A stretch of DNA of 45,085 nt from Candidatus Sysuimicrobiota bacterium (GCA_040289515.1 PSLI01000014.1:1-45085), one strand, 5' to 3'; positions 15,591-25,724 are shown, counted from the stretch's first letter. Numbers and translations: made by a program. Notes: generated by a model not told the origin, from the letters alone.

Positions 15591-17311
15591 CAGCTCCTCC
15601 CCGCCCCCGAGCTGAACACCCACCACTCCAAGGCCAGCAGCCCCACGAAGAGGCCCACAAGCCACGGTGCCTGTTCTGATGCCGGCTTGCGCGCAGCACC
15701 CGCCCCGGTGAGAAGCCCCCCGCGCACCGGGGCGGACGAGGGGTGCACAGCCCACACCCGTTGCAGCCCTTTGGCCTCCAGCACGTACACACCGGCCCGG
15801 TCGAAGGGCGGAAGCATGAACCGGCCGGCCCTCGAGCGGACGCGCACGGACCCGGCAGGGCCGTGTAACACCGCCTCCTGCAGTGCACCCGATGGGACGG
15901 ACACGGAACGGCCCGCCTCCACCTGCGAGGCCCACGGTCCCGCAAGCCAATCCAAGGCGTTGGCCAGGAAGATGGGGAAATCCGGCCGCAGGGGCAGGTC
16001 CGACTGCGAGGGCGAGAAGGGCAGCACCACCACCCGCACCTCGTCGGATTCATACGCCCACAGCAAGGGAGCCGCTCCCTGCGCCAGCACCTCTCCCGCC
16101 CTGGCCTCCATGCGCCACGCACGCTTGACCCGCACGCCCAGAAGGTTCACGAACCGCAGCAGCACGTGGGTGCGGGACTGGTGCAGGACCACGTCTTCCG
16201 GAAGGGTCCCCGCAGCACGTACGGGCAGGTTCGCCGGCGGGCTGTTCACCAGCAGGTAAGCGCCCGGCGGCAGGTCCACCGGCGGGGCGCGGTGCAGTAC
16301 CACTACGGGGAAGGCGGCCCAGCTCCGGGGGTCCACTTTCCGCGCGCGGTCCACAGTTCCCGCCACGACCTCCAGCCCCCGCTCTAAGTAAGGGTCCTCG
16401 GCTCCCACCCGGAGCACCCGCAGGGGAGGGCGCCACGTGCCCAGCGCCGCGTATCGGTCGGTGGCCGGCAATTCATCCTGGCCGGACAACGTAGCCTCCA
16501 CCCACACGCCCGCGGGGACAGCCACCTTCCCGGTGGCCTCCGCGTGGGGCGCCACGGGCAAGGACAGCTTGCCCTGCGGTCGCCCGTCCACCACCACGGA
16601 GACTTCCACGCGGCGGGTGGCCGCGGTGCTGTTGCGGACCGTCACGGCGACCCTCATGCGATCGCCTGGAAGCGGGGACGCCACCAACCCGGTAATGCTT
16701 ACGTCCTCCAGGGGCCCGCCGAACATGTGGGGGGTGGCTTGCTCCGACGCGCGGTCGCTGAAGGTGTGCACACGCGCCTGAGGGTTCAGGGAACGCGCCA
16801 CGCGCACCGCAACCTCCAGGTCCGAGGGCCCGTCCGTGGGCTCTAGCTCCCGCAGCGCCCGCAGGGCGTCCTCGCGGTGTGGGGTAAGGGGATGTACCAG
16901 CCTCGGGGTGCGCGCAGCGGCCACCACGGCCACCCGCGACGCCGGCACCTGCGCCAGGAACTTCGAGGCGGCTAGCCGGGCGGCCTCGAACCGGCTGGGG
17001 CGCACGTCGGTGGCCTGCATGCGCACTCCCAGGTCCAGCACCACCACCACGTCCCCGGACCCCGCGGTAAGGCGCTGCGGGCGCGCCAGGGCCACGGAAG
17101 CTGCGGCCACCGCCAGCAGCTGCAGCAAAAGCAGCACGCTGCGCTCGAACCGGCGGGCCGGCCTCTGCAGGGACGGGTCCTGCAGGGTGCGGCGCCACAG
17201 CAGGACACTGGGCACCACCACGGGAACCCGGCGGGGCCGCAGCCAGTACAGCAGGAGCACCAGGGCACAGGCGGCCAGCCACCAAAGCCCCGAGGGGTTC
17301 AGAAACCACAC
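15590..17311 (-). CDS. BatA-like N-terminal double-TM plus VWA-domain protein
   Basis: MWFLNP..LW...LLYWLRPRR..V.VPSVLLWR...LLLLQLL...ALARP, then VLDLGVRMQATDVRPSRFEAAR; C-terminal LLALEWW. Confidence 0.85.
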   Translation of the reverse strand: MWFLNPSGLWWLAACALVLLLYWLRPRRVPVVVPSVLLWRRTLQDPSLQRPARRFERSVLLLLQLLAVAAASVALARPQRLTAGSGDVVVVLDLGVRMQATDVRPSRFEAARLAASKFLAQVPASRVAVVAAARTPRLVHPLTPHREDALRALRELEPTDGPSDLEVAVRVARSLNPQARVHTFSDRASEQATPHMFGGPLEDVSITGLVASPLPGDRMRVAVTVRNSTAATRRVEVSVVVDGRPQGKLSLPVAPHAEATGKVAVPAGVWVEATLSGQDELPATDRYAALGTWRPPLRVLRVGAEDPYLERGLEVVAGTVDRARKVDPRSWAAFPVVVLHRAPPVDLPPGAYLLVNSPPANLPVRAAGTLPEDVVLHQSRTHVLLRFVNLLGVRVKRAWRMEARAGEVLAQGAAPLLWAYESDEVRVVVLPFSPSQSDLPLRPDFPIFLANALDWLAGPWASQVEAGRSVSVPSGALQEAVLHGPAGSVRVRSRAGRFMLPPFDRAGVYVLEAKGLQRVWAVHPSSAPVRGGLLTGAGAARKPASEQAPWLVGLFVGLLALEWWVFSSGAGRS

Positions 17312-17312
17312 G

Positions 17313-18176
17313 TCAGGCCACCACGCCCGCCTGCCTCAGGTACCGCAGCACCACGTCCTCCACCGGCAGCGCGGTGGTGGCGCGCACGTAGGCCATCCCG
17401 GCTCGGGCGCAAAAGGCCCGGGCCTCTTCCAGAAAGGCGTCCCGCTGGGATGCGAAGGCCCGCAGGAGCTGCTCATCCACGGTGACCTCCACGGACTCGC
17501 CGGTTTCCGCGTCCACCAGCCGCAGCTCTCCCGACTGCGGGGGTGCGAGGTCCTCCTCGGCCAGCAGGTGCACCACGAACACCTCCAGCCCGGCATGGCG
17601 GAGCCGCTTCAGGAACCCCTGGAACCCCCTGGGGTCCAGCAGGTCTCCCAGCGCCACCACCAGGCCGCGGCGGTGCGGGGCGAAGTGTTTGGCCGCCTCC
17701 TCCAGCTCCGTGGTGCCGTGCGCCTCCTCCGCCTCCAAAAAACGGAACAGGTGGTACGCGTGGGCCCGCCCGCGGCGGGGCGGCAGGGTCCGCACCATCC
17801 CTGCGTGCACCGCCGCGGCTCCTACTCGGTCCCCGTTCGCGAGGGCCACGTAGCCCAGGGCTGCCGCCAGCCGCTTGGCGTACTCCAGCTTGGACGGCGA
17901 GCCGAACCGCATGGACGCGCTGGCGTCCAGGAGCAGGTGGACGTCCGTGTCCTCCTCTTCTTCGAACAGCTTGACGAACAGACGGTCCAGGCGGGCGTAG
18001 ATGCTCCAGTCCACGTAGCGCCAGTCGTCCCCCACCTGGTAGGCGCGGTGGTCCGAGAATTCCACACCCCGGCCCAGGGCGCGGCTCCTGCGCTCGCCCA
18101 CACTGCCCCGCATCCTCCGCCGGACCACCAGCCGGAGGCGCTCTAGCTTCTCCAGGAATGCGGGCTCCAGAAGCAT
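17313..18176 (-). CDS. DUF58 family protein (MoxR-associated)
   Basis: GVEFSDHRAYQVGDDWRYVDW..YAR..RLFVKLFEEE...LLDASASM. Confidence 0.92.
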   Translation of the reverse strand: MLLEPAFLEKLERLRLVVRRRMRGSVGERRSRALGRGVEFSDHRAYQVGDDWRYVDWSIYARLDRLFVKLFEEEEDTDVHLLLDASASMRFGSPSKLEYAKRLAAALGYVALANGDRVGAAAVHAGMVRTLPPRRGRAHAYHLFRFLEAEEAHGTTELEEAAKHFAPHRRGLVVALGDLLDPRGFQGFLKRLRHAGLEVFVVHLLAEEDLAPPQSGELRLVDAETGESVEVTVDEQLLRAFASQRDAFLEEARAFCARAGMAYVRATTALPVEDVVLRYLRQAGVVA

Positions 18177-18183
18177 GCGTCCT

Positions 18184-19176
18184 TCAGAACCCCGCGGGCG
18201 CTACCGTCACCTCCGGGACCTCCTCCACCACCTCACGGATCAGCTGGTCCACGTCCACACCCTCCGCCTCCGCCTCGAAGTTCAGCAGCAGGCGGTGCCG
18301 CAGGGCTGGCAGCGCCACGGCCCGCACGTCCTCCGTGCTCGCGTGGGCCCGGCCGCACACCAGCGCCCGCGCCTTCGCGCCCAGCAGCAGGGCCTGCGCG
18401 CCCCGAGGGCTGGCACCGTACCGGACCCACCGCTTCGCGGCGCGGGCGGGCCGCGGACCCTGCGGGTGGGTAGCTTCCACCAGCCGGGCTACGTACGCGT
18501 GCACGTGAGGGGCAGCCAGCACCTCCCGGACCAGGGCCTGCATGCGCAGCACTGTTTGGGCGTCCGTCACGGGCTGCGCCTCGGGCAGCTCGGAGCTTGT
18601 GGTGCGCTCGAGGATCTGCACCACGGACTCCGCGTCGGGGAAGGGCACCCGGAGCTTGAACAGGAACCGGTCCAGCTGCGCCTCTGGCAGGGGGTACGTG
18701 CCCTCCATCTCGATGGGGTTCTGGGTGGCCAGCACGAAGAAGGGCCGCTCTAAGGGATAGGACACGCCCGCCACCGTCACCGCGTACTCCTGCATGGCCT
18801 CCAGGAGGGCGGACTGGGTCTTGGGGGTGGCGCGGTTGATCTCGTCCGCCAGCACGATCTGCGAGAAGATGGGACCACGCTGGAACGTCAGGGTGCGACG
18901 TCCCCCCGGGTCCTGCACCAGCACATTGGTACCCACCACGTCCGCGGGCATGAGGTCCGGGGTGAACTGGATCCGGGAGAACTTCAGGCTCAGAACCCTG
19001 GCCAGCGCTTTGACGAGGAGGGTCTTGCCCACCCCCGGCACCCCCTCCAAAAGCACGTGGCCGCCGCAGAGCACCGCCAGCAGCACACCCTCCACCACCT
19101 CGCTGTGGCCGACCACCACGCGGCCCAGCTCGTTGCGGATCCGCTGGTACAGGGACTGGAACGCCTGGACGTCCAC
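18184..19176 (-). CDS. MoxR family AAA+ ATPase
   Basis: GHVLLEGVPGVGKT, RIQFTPDLMPADV, LADEINRATPKTQSALLEAM, ATQNPIEMEGTYPLPEAQLDRF; GTG start after GGAGG. Confidence 0.95.
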   Translation of the reverse strand: MDVQAFQSLYQRIRNELGRVVVGHSEVVEGVLLAVLCGGHVLLEGVPGVGKTLLVKALARVLSLKFSRIQFTPDLMPADVVGTNVLVQDPGGRRTLTFQRGPIFSQIVLADEINRATPKTQSALLEAMQEYAVTVAGVSYPLERPFFVLATQNPIEMEGTYPLPEAQLDRFLFKLRVPFPDAESVVQILERTTSSELPEAQPVTDAQTVLRMQALVREVLAAPHVHAYVARLVEATHPQGPRPARAAKRWVRYGASPRGAQALLLGAKARALVCGRAHASTEDVRAVALPALRHRLLLNFEAEAEGVDVDQLIREVVEEVPEVTVAPAGF

Positions 19177-19195
19177 GGGACCTCCCCACGCCCTG

Positions 19196-20704
19196 CTAGC
19201 GCTGCAGCCGTGTGAAGTACCGCAGCACCCACTCCCGGTACGGCGCGGGCACCCGCTGCGCCCGCACGGCCTCGTCCGCCTGCCGCACCACCCGCGGGGA
19301 GACAGCTGCAAGGCGCGTGCGGGGGGGTGCCACAAGGCCCGGGCCTTCCAGCCGTCCCGCGTACACCTTGCCCTCGCCCACGTCTCCGTGCAGCTGCTCG
19401 TGCCTGCGCTGCCCCTGCAACCGAGGGGTCGGAGAGCCCATCTTGTCCGACAGGTGGCCCGTGCCGGGTCCCAGGCCGTACTGCGAACCCTCCTCCAGCC
19501 AAGCCTCCGGGTCCCCGCGGCTCGCGGGAGCGCCGGCCCTCTGGCGCGGCATGGCAGGGTAGCTCACCGGACGCTCCTGTGCCGCCTCCGGGTCGCCGCC
19601 CGGCTGCAGCGCCTGGTGGATGCTGAGGCCGGACGCCTCCACCTCCTGCTGGTGGGTAGCCAGCGCGTTTTCCTCCTGCAGCAGCCGCGCCAGCTCCCGA
19701 AAGGCCTCCTGCGCCCTGAGTACTCCTTCCCGCGCGCGCACGCGGTCGTGCTGGCCGAGCCCGCGCTGCGCCTCCTGCAGGGCCTTTCGAATCGGGGAGC
19801 GCGGGTGCAGGGGAGCGTTGGCCTCCAGCTGGCCCAGCATGCGCCGCAGGTGCTCTGCCTGCGCCGCAGACAGCGCGACCTCCTCCAGCGCGCGGCCGAG
19901 GCGGTTCAGCTCCCGCTCCATGGCCTTGGCCACCTCCGGCGGCAGCTGTACCCCTCCCGGTCCGGTCACCCCTTGCTCCCGCGCCCGCGCCTGCAGGCGC
20001 GCCCGCGCCTGCCTGAGCTCCGCGGTCAGGCGCGAAAGGTGCTGCCGGGCCAGCTCTGCGGTGGCCCGCGGGGAGGCAAGCGCCCCGCCGACCGTGTGCA
20101 CCGACTGGGCACTTTTCAGGGTCTCCCGCAGGCCCCGGGTCCGCGCTTCCTGTTCCCACTGCTCTGCCAGTTCCTGCAGCCTGCGTCCTTCCTGGCGCAC
20201 CACCTCCGCCACCCGGCGGGCGGGGGTGTTGGGCAGGGTGGCTCCGGAGACCAACAGGTCCCAGGCCACCAAGCCCCCAGCCACCGCCAGCAGCGCGCGG
20301 AAGCGCAGCGGACGCAGGGGAATCGCCGACCGAAGCTGGACGTGCTGCACCGCGCGCTGCACGTCCTGCAGGAAGTGATCCATTAGCTGCGACCGCACGC
20401 CGCTCCGGATTGCCAGGTAAGTAGCCAGGCGGTCCTGGAGCCCGCAGCGCCAGTCCAGCCAGTGAGCGGCCTCCCAGGCATTGCGAGCAGCACCCAGTCT
20501 CACCGCCAGAGCCAACAGGAGTGCGGCGGCCGTGGCCGTCGCGAACACCGCCTCGGGGCGGATGGAGTACGGAAGCATCAGGGTACCCACCTGTGCTGCC
20601 AGCCCCGCGGCCATCACGCCCAGGGCCGCCGTCTCGGCCGCCTGCAAAGCCCGCTGCCACGCCAGCCGCCGCCGCGCGGTCTCCACCAACAGTTCCGGCC
20701 TCAC
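19196..20704 (-). CDS. Membrane protein with a long coiled-coil region, unknown function
   Basis: Three N-terminal hydrophobic segments, LD...GLQDRLAT, Gln/Glu/Arg/Ala helical region, Gly-rich linker, C-terminal VPAPYREWVLRYF. Confidence 0.75.
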   Translation of the reverse strand: MRPELLVETARRRLAWQRALQAAETAALGVMAAGLAAQVGTLMLPYSIRPEAVFATATAAALLLALAVRLGAARNAWEAAHWLDWRCGLQDRLATYLAIRSGVRSQLMDHFLQDVQRAVQHVQLRSAIPLRPLRFRALLAVAGGLVAWDLLVSGATLPNTPARRVAEVVRQEGRRLQELAEQWEQEARTRGLRETLKSAQSVHTVGGALASPRATAELARQHLSRLTAELRQARARLQARAREQGVTGPGGVQLPPEVAKAMERELNRLGRALEEVALSAAQAEHLRRMLGQLEANAPLHPRSPIRKALQEAQRGLGQHDRVRAREGVLRAQEAFRELARLLQEENALATHQQEVEASGLSIHQALQPGGDPEAAQERPVSYPAMPRQRAGAPASRGDPEAWLEEGSQYGLGPGTGHLSDKMGSPTPRLQGQRRHEQLHGDVGEGKVYAGRLEGPGLVAPPRTRLAAVSPRVVRQADEAVRAQRVPAPYREWVLRYFTRLQR

Positions 20705-20705
20705 C

Positions 20706-21386
20706 TCACGCCTCCTTCAGGCGCGGGATCCTACGGCGAACCCCCCAGAAGCTGGTAGCGCCCAGGGCCAAAAACACGACTGCGCACAACGCCCGCGCCC
20801 AGGCCGGCGCAAACGGCCGCACGGCCTGGACCGGGTGCCACGGCCCTGCCAGCCCTGCTCCCGCCAGCACGGCCAGGATCCCGCCCCACAGCAGCACGGA
20901 CCGGGACACTTCCGACTCCACGGCGGACGTTAGCCACGTGGCAAACCCGGCGAAGCCCCAGCTGACAGCCCACACCACGGCGGCCTGCACCACGCTCTCC
21001 TGCCACGCGCCTGCCCGCAGGGCGTGCAGGAACAGCAGCGCCGGCCAGGCGGCCGCTGTGCACACAGTCGCAAAGACCCCCTCGCTCAGCGCCTTCCCCC
21101 AAGCTACCTCGCTCGCGGAGAAGGGTGAGGCCGCCAGATCCTGCACGCCCTTGTATCCTGGAAAGCTGATCTCCTCGCCCGCGGCCGCGGTGACCACGAA
21201 CCCCACCACCACCAGCAGGCCCACGGAGGCCACCCACAAGGGAGACTCGCCACCGGCACGATCGGGCCCCGTGCCCAACAATCCCAGCAGCCACACGCAC
21301 GCCCCCAGCGCCCCCTGCACGAGAATCCCCTTTCGCGTGGCGAACCGCGCCCGCAGGTCACCCCGGACGATGGCACTTGCGTTCAA
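20706..21386 (-). CDS. ABC-2 permease-like multi-TM protein
   Basis: TTG overlaps the upstream TGA; about six hydrophobic segments; LAASPFSASEVAWGK resembles the ABC-2 'LL.tP.s...i..GK' motif. Confidence 0.65.
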   Translation of the reverse strand: MNASAIVRGDLRARFATRKGILVQGALGACVWLLGLLGTGPDRAGGESPLWVASVGLLVVVGFVVTAAAGEEISFPGYKGVQDLAASPFSASEVAWGKALSEGVFATVCTAAAWPALLFLHALRAGAWQESVVQAAVVWAVSWGFAGFATWLTSAVESEVSRSVLLWGGILAVLAGAGLAGPWHPVQAVRPFAPAWARALCAVVFLALGATSFWGVRRRIPRLKEA

Positions 21387-23047
21387 CGTGACCCCACCAC
21401 CACCAGCCACCCCTGCCGGCCCTCCCCGGGGGGGAAAGCCACCACGGGCCGGTCTTCCACTATAGTAGCGGCCCCGGGCTGCGCCCAGCGAAACGCCTCC
21501 AGCGCCGGGTGGTGCGGCTCGACAGGTTGCCAGCGGGAAGCCACCCACTGATCGCTCGCGCCGGAACGCTCCAGGGGGGCCTGCCTGGAGCCCCAGAACG
21601 CCAAACCTTCCGCGCCCCCCGCGCCCTGTACCACCACGGCCCCGTTTCGCGCCTCCGCCTGCGGGGCCGGGACGTCTGCTAGCGCCTCCCACCGCAGCCG
21701 CAGCCGTTCTCCGGCCGCTTGATCCGCCCGCACGAGCACGCGGTCCGCAAGCCAGGCGACCTCGACCTCGGTGAAGCCTCCCGAAACCGCCACCGCCTCC
21801 ACGGAAGGCAGCGTGTAGGTGTGCGACCCTCGGTAGGGAGCTTGCGTCCGGCCCCACCCGTAGGTTCTGCGGGTGCCCTCGACGGCCACCTCCACCCACA
21901 CCGCCTCGAGCACGGCGGAACTTTGCCGCACCCGGTCCGCCAGCACCGGCATGCCCGCCGCGCTCGCGGCAAGTACGAGGCCCGCTGCCAGCCAGCCCAA
22001 CCCGCTTCGGCCGGCCAGCCAGACCGCCACCAGCCACAGGGCCACGTACAGCCCAAGCCCGGCTGCCGCAGGTGCCAGGGGCACACGTGGCCTGGACTCG
22101 ACCTCCGGCGGCCCCTCGTGCGGCAGGGGAGCCGGTAGAGCCAGGTACCAAAGGGGGGAATCCGGCGGTACGCGGGCAGCTCCTACCGCCCACGCGTACA
22201 CCCGGCCAAGCCCCCTTGACGCCCACACCGCCACCGTGCGGGACCTCTCCACCACCAGCTGGCTACCCGGCAGCGGATGCAAAAGGCGCAGGGGGCCGTC
22301 GGTTACCGACCGCAGGCCCGCCGCCTCACCGGCCGCACCCACCTCCTGGGCCACCGAAAGCCACCCCGAAAGGGGGGCCGTTGGGAGTAGCCAGCCAGCC
22401 ACCACCACCCGTCCGCCGTGCAGCACCCACGTCTGCAGCGCGCGGCGCTGTGCCTCGCTCAGCCGCCGCTCGTCCAGCTCTCCCACCACCAGCAGGTCCA
22501 GGGAGGCGTATGCGGCTGCCCGGTCGGGCAGCAGCTCTTCGGTCAAGCGAACGACCGCCCTGCGCCCCCCCGAGCTGACCTCCTGGGGAGGGGTGGGAGG
22601 GTCCGCACCCAGGTAGGCCACCACGCTGGCTGCGGCCCGTTCGGGCTGGGGTGCGACTTCCGCGGATGCTACCGGCGAGCCTTCTTCGAGCACCACCGAT
22701 GCCCTCACCGGTCGGCGCGCGTCGGACAGCATCACGGCGAGGTGCCAGCGCGCCCCTCCGGCGGGTGGTAGATCCACGCGGTGGCGCAGCCGCACCCGCT
22801 GAGTGCCGAACTCCTGCGGGACCTCCACCACCAGCCAGCCCCGCACAGGGCGGTCCACCTGGACGTCCACGGTGACGGGGTTCCACGTGCCGAACCGGAT
22901 CCACCCGTCCCAGCCCAGGCTCACCCGCACCGAGGTGGGTTGGGCCCACGCAGCAGCCAGGTGCGAGGGCGAAAACCACAAAGCAAACAGTAGGAAAAGC
23001 ACGACGCAGGCCCAGCCGGGCTGTACGAGAAGCAACCCGCTGCGCAC
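21383..23047 (-). CDS. Exported/membrane protein, unknown function, with a central GATase-like segment
   Basis: Signal-like N-terminus, GWDG...GTWNPVTV, LPDRAAAYASLDLLV...Q..AL..WV..GG, GLGRV, two internal TMs. Confidence 0.7.
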   Translation of the reverse strand: MRSGLLLVQPGWACVVLFLLFALWFSPSHLAAAWAQPTSVRVSLGWDGWIRFGTWNPVTVDVQVDRPVRGWLVVEVPQEFGTQRVRLRHRVDLPPAGGARWHLAVMLSDARRPVRASVVLEEGSPVASAEVAPQPERAAASVVAYLGADPPTPPQEVSSGGRRAVVRLTEELLPDRAAAYASLDLLVVGELDERRLSEAQRRALQTWVLHGGRVVVAGWLLPTAPLSGWLSVAQEVGAAGEAAGLRSVTDGPLRLLHPLPGSQLVVERSRTVAVWASRGLGRVYAWAVGAARVPPDSPLWYLALPAPLPHEGPPEVESRPRVPLAPAAAGLGLYVALWLVAVWLAGRSGLGWLAAGLVLAASAAGMPVLADRVRQSSAVLEAVWVEVAVEGTRRTYGWGRTQAPYRGSHTYTLPSVEAVAVSGGFTEVEVAWLADRVLVRADQAAGERLRLRWEALADVPAPQAEARNGAVVVQGAGGAEGLAFWGSRQAPLERSGASDQWVASRWQPVEPHHPALEAFRWAQPGAATIVEDRPVVAFPPGEGRQGWLVVVGSR

Positions 23048-23097
23048 CCGATCAGCGCGGGGTTTGCCGAGGGCCCGCAGGCCGCCAGGGGTCGAGG

Positions 23098-23358
23098 TTA
23101 TGCGCCGGACTTCGCCTCCTTGTCGGAGGGCTGCTTGGACTCGGACTTGCGTTCACCGTCCGACTCGGATTTATCGCCCTTGGACCGACGGTAGTCGGTG
23201 GTGTAAAAGCCCGAGCCCCGGAACACCAATCCCACGCTGCCCATCAGCCTGCGGGTTGCGCCCCCACAGCGCGGGCAGGGCTCCGGAGGGCTCCCCACGG
23301 GTTGCAGCCGCTCGAACCTACAGTCGCAGCGGGTACACAGGTACTCGTAGATGGGCAC
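23098..23358 (-). CDS. FmdB family zinc-ribbon protein
   Basis: (M)PIYEYLCTRC...CPRCGG...FRGSGFYTTDY; GTG after AAGGAGG. Confidence 0.9.
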   Translation of the reverse strand: MPIYEYLCTRCDCRFERLQPVGSPPEPCPRCGGATRRLMGSVGLVFRGSGFYTTDYRRSKGDKSESDGERKSESKQPSDKEAKSGA

Positions 23359-23395
23359 TGCGCTCCCTCCTTCACCCAACAGCACCTCGTACGCC

Positions 23396-23404
23396 AGTTT
23401 ACCA
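23396..23404 (-). promoter_or_regulatory. Putative extended -10 (TGgTAAACT)
   Basis: Intergenic, 38 bp upstream of the FmdB-family start. Confidence 0.5.
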
Positions 23405-23424
23405 CGCGCTCGGGCTCGGTCCGG

Positions 23425-24453
23425 TCACCGGCGCTCCAAACGCACCACCCACACCGGCCCGGCCCGGTGCGCGAAGCCCGCACCGAAAGCCACCGCGCGG
23501 CCGTCCGGCGACCACGAGGTCCCCACCAGGGTGTCCGGGTCAGGGAACTCCAGGGCGTAGTCCGCGGCCTGCAGGCGGTTTTTGCCGTCCGCGTCCAGCA
23601 CCCACACCACCGCCCGCTCGCCACCTTCCACCTCCGCGAAACTCAGCTTGTCCCCCTGCGGGGACCAGCTCAGCCCCCACAGCCGTCTCGCTCTCGCCAC
23701 CGGAACGGCGCGGCCGGTCTGCTGGACGGCAACCACCGTCCCTTGCTGCCCAGCCACCACGAACGCCACCGCGCGGCCCATGGGCGACAGCTGCGCCTGC
23801 AGGGTGGACGGAAACGGCGCGGGAAGCTTCACGCGGTCAGGACCCGCCACCCGCACCCGCCACAGGGCCACGGTCCGCCCCCGCGTGTCCTCCGCGCGGG
23901 CGAAGGCGTACAGGCCGTCCGGGTACCAGCCGGGGTCGTACAGGGTGCCCACAGGACCCAGCAACCGCCTGCGCAGCCCGCCCTCCGCGGAAACCAGCCA
24001 CAGGGAGGAGCCTTCTGCGTCCACCACCGCCAGCCCCCGGTCGCCCCTCGGACTCCACCGGAAACCGCGCACCACGCCGGGGAGGTCCACCCGCCGCGCT
24101 CCACCTCGCACAAGGTCCACCACGTGCAACCGCCCTTCGGAGATCACCGCGACCCACCGGCCGCTTGCGGACCAGTCCACTGCCGTGGCGTGGGGCATTG
24201 GCAGGATGCGACGCTCAGCCCCGTCCAGCCCCACGCTCACCACCGCCTCGGGCGTTCCGAACGCCAGGGACTGGCCGTCGGGGGACCAGCTGGCGTTGCT
24301 GGTGGCCACCCGGTCGCTCACGCGGCGCACCTCGGCCACCCGCAGGGTGGCCACGGGCTCGGGCTTGGGGACCCGCCGCACCGCCACCTGGCAGGCGGAA
24401 GCTGTCAGGAACGCCAGCAGGACGGCCGCGCAGCGGACGGCGGTGGCGGTCAC
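23425..24453 (-). CDS. TolB-like (PD40/WD40) beta-propeller lipoprotein
   Basis: Lipobox-like LTASAC; repeated WSPDG/WSASG/WSPRG/WYPDG/LSPMG/WSPQG/WSPDG blades. Confidence 0.8.
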   Translation of the reverse strand: MTATAVRCAAVLLAFLTASACQVAVRRVPKPEPVATLRVAEVRRVSDRVATSNASWSPDGQSLAFGTPEAVVSVGLDGAERRILPMPHATAVDWSASGRWVAVISEGRLHVVDLVRGGARRVDLPGVVRGFRWSPRGDRGLAVVDAEGSSLWLVSAEGGLRRRLLGPVGTLYDPGWYPDGLYAFARAEDTRGRTVALWRVRVAGPDRVKLPAPFPSTLQAQLSPMGRAVAFVVAGQQGTVVAVQQTGRAVPVARARRLWGLSWSPQGDKLSFAEVEGGERAVVWVLDADGKNRLQAADYALEFPDPDTLVGTSWSPDGRAVAFGAGFAHRAGPVWVVRLERR

Positions 24454-25652
24454 ACCACCGCGTACTTGCCTGCCGCCAGGTCGCGGATGAGGCTGTGGAT
24501 GTCCCGGAGCTCCCGATCCACCACGTCCCGTACCTGCCGCAGGACCCGCGCCTTGCGCACCCCCCGTTCCAGGATGACCTGCGCCGCGGCCACCTTGGGA
24601 CGGTCCACGGGCTCCCCGATCTGGCTACACAGCCAGATGTAGCACTCCCGCACACCCCGCACCTCCTCGCACACCCGCTGGGCAATGCGGTGGGTGAGGA
24701 CGGTGTAGATCTTGCCCACATGGGAGACCGGGTTCTTGCCCGCGGCCGCCTCCGTACCCACGGGCCGGTTGAGGGCAATCACGCCGTTGACCTTGTTGCC
24801 GCGGCCCACCTGCCCGCTGTCCCCGCTCTCCGCGGAGGTGCCCGTGACGGACAGGTACACGCCGCCCAGGCCCCGGCCGGGGACGTCGGCGTGGTTCAAG
24901 TACAGGTGCACCTGCGGCAAGCTGCAGCGGGACCGCACGTACTCCAGCATCGCCTGCCGCATCTGCTCCTTGCGGCGGAAGTAGGTGGCCTCGCTATCCA
25001 CGAAGCGGTCCACGAAGGCGACCGCCACCGTCAGATGCAGCTCCCGGCCCGTACGGACTCCCATCACCTTCACGTCCTCGCCCGCCTCGGGGAATTCTTC
25101 CTTGAAGGCCGGGGAATTGATGTACCGCTCCGTCTCCAGCACCACCCGCTCCGTCTCCGTAAGGGGCCAGTACCCCACCGCCGCGGAGGTGTCGTTGGCG
25201 CCCACCTCCTCCCGGTGGAAGATGTCCACCAGTTCCGGGGAGCCCGGCTTGATCTGGATGTCGTACTCCACGTGCCGGTCCGGGTCCACGAACCGCAAAT
25301 TCTCCCGGATCCACCGCTTGGCGGTGCGGATGGCCAGCTCGGAGATGGGGATCTCCACGTCCCCCACCCGGTAGGTGGCCCGGTCGCCGAAGATGAGCCG
25401 CATGGGCTGGGTCACGCGGCCCCCTCCGAAGCGCACCTCCGCCTCCCCGGCGACCAGAAAGGCCTTGTCGATGTTGTGGTGCAAGATCGCGCCCACCCGC
25501 TCCAGGTAAGCCTTGCTGAGCTCCACGGACACCTGCTCCATGATGGCGTCGCAGATGGAGTCAGGGTGGCCGACCCCCTTGCGCTCCACCAGCTCCACCT
25601 GGTGGTCCGACACGGGCAGGCCCGGCAGCGCCTCCACGAGGATGTTCCGCAC
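24450..25652 (-). CDS. mat: S-adenosylmethionine synthetase, archaeal (Mat) type
   Basis: [80 protein letters not shown] after AGGAGG; 400 aa. Confidence 0.93.
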   Translation of the reverse strand: MRNILVEALPGLPVSDHQVELVERKGVGHPDSICDAIMEQVSVELSKAYLERVGAILHHNIDKAFLVAGEAEVRFGGGRVTQPMRLIFGDRATYRVGDVEIPISELAIRTAKRWIRENLRFVDPDRHVEYDIQIKPGSPELVDIFHREEVGANDTSAAVGYWPLTETERVVLETERYINSPAFKEEFPEAGEDVKVMGVRTGRELHLTVAVAFVDRFVDSEATYFRRKEQMRQAMLEYVRSRCSLPQVHLYLNHADVPGRGLGGVYLSVTGTSAESGDSGQVGRGNKVNGVIALNRPVGTEAAAGKNPVSHVGKIYTVLTHRIAQRVCEEVRGVRECYIWLCSQIGEPVDRPKVAAAQVILERGVRKARVLRQVRDVVDRELRDIHSLIRDLAAGKYAVV

Positions 25653-25724
25653 CGTGCGACCTCCTGACCTGGGTTTTCCGGTTGCCGCTTCGGTGGGTGC
25701 CCCACCTGCCTGCGGGCATGCAAC

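Noticed and set aside
12997..16122. 1041-aa minus-strand ORF
   Set aside because: Gly/Arg/Ala-rich alternative frame over the real VWA gene.
22803..25667. 954-aa plus-strand ORF
   Set aside because: Pro/Arg-rich antisense shadow of mat, the lipoprotein and FmdB; expected at this GC content.
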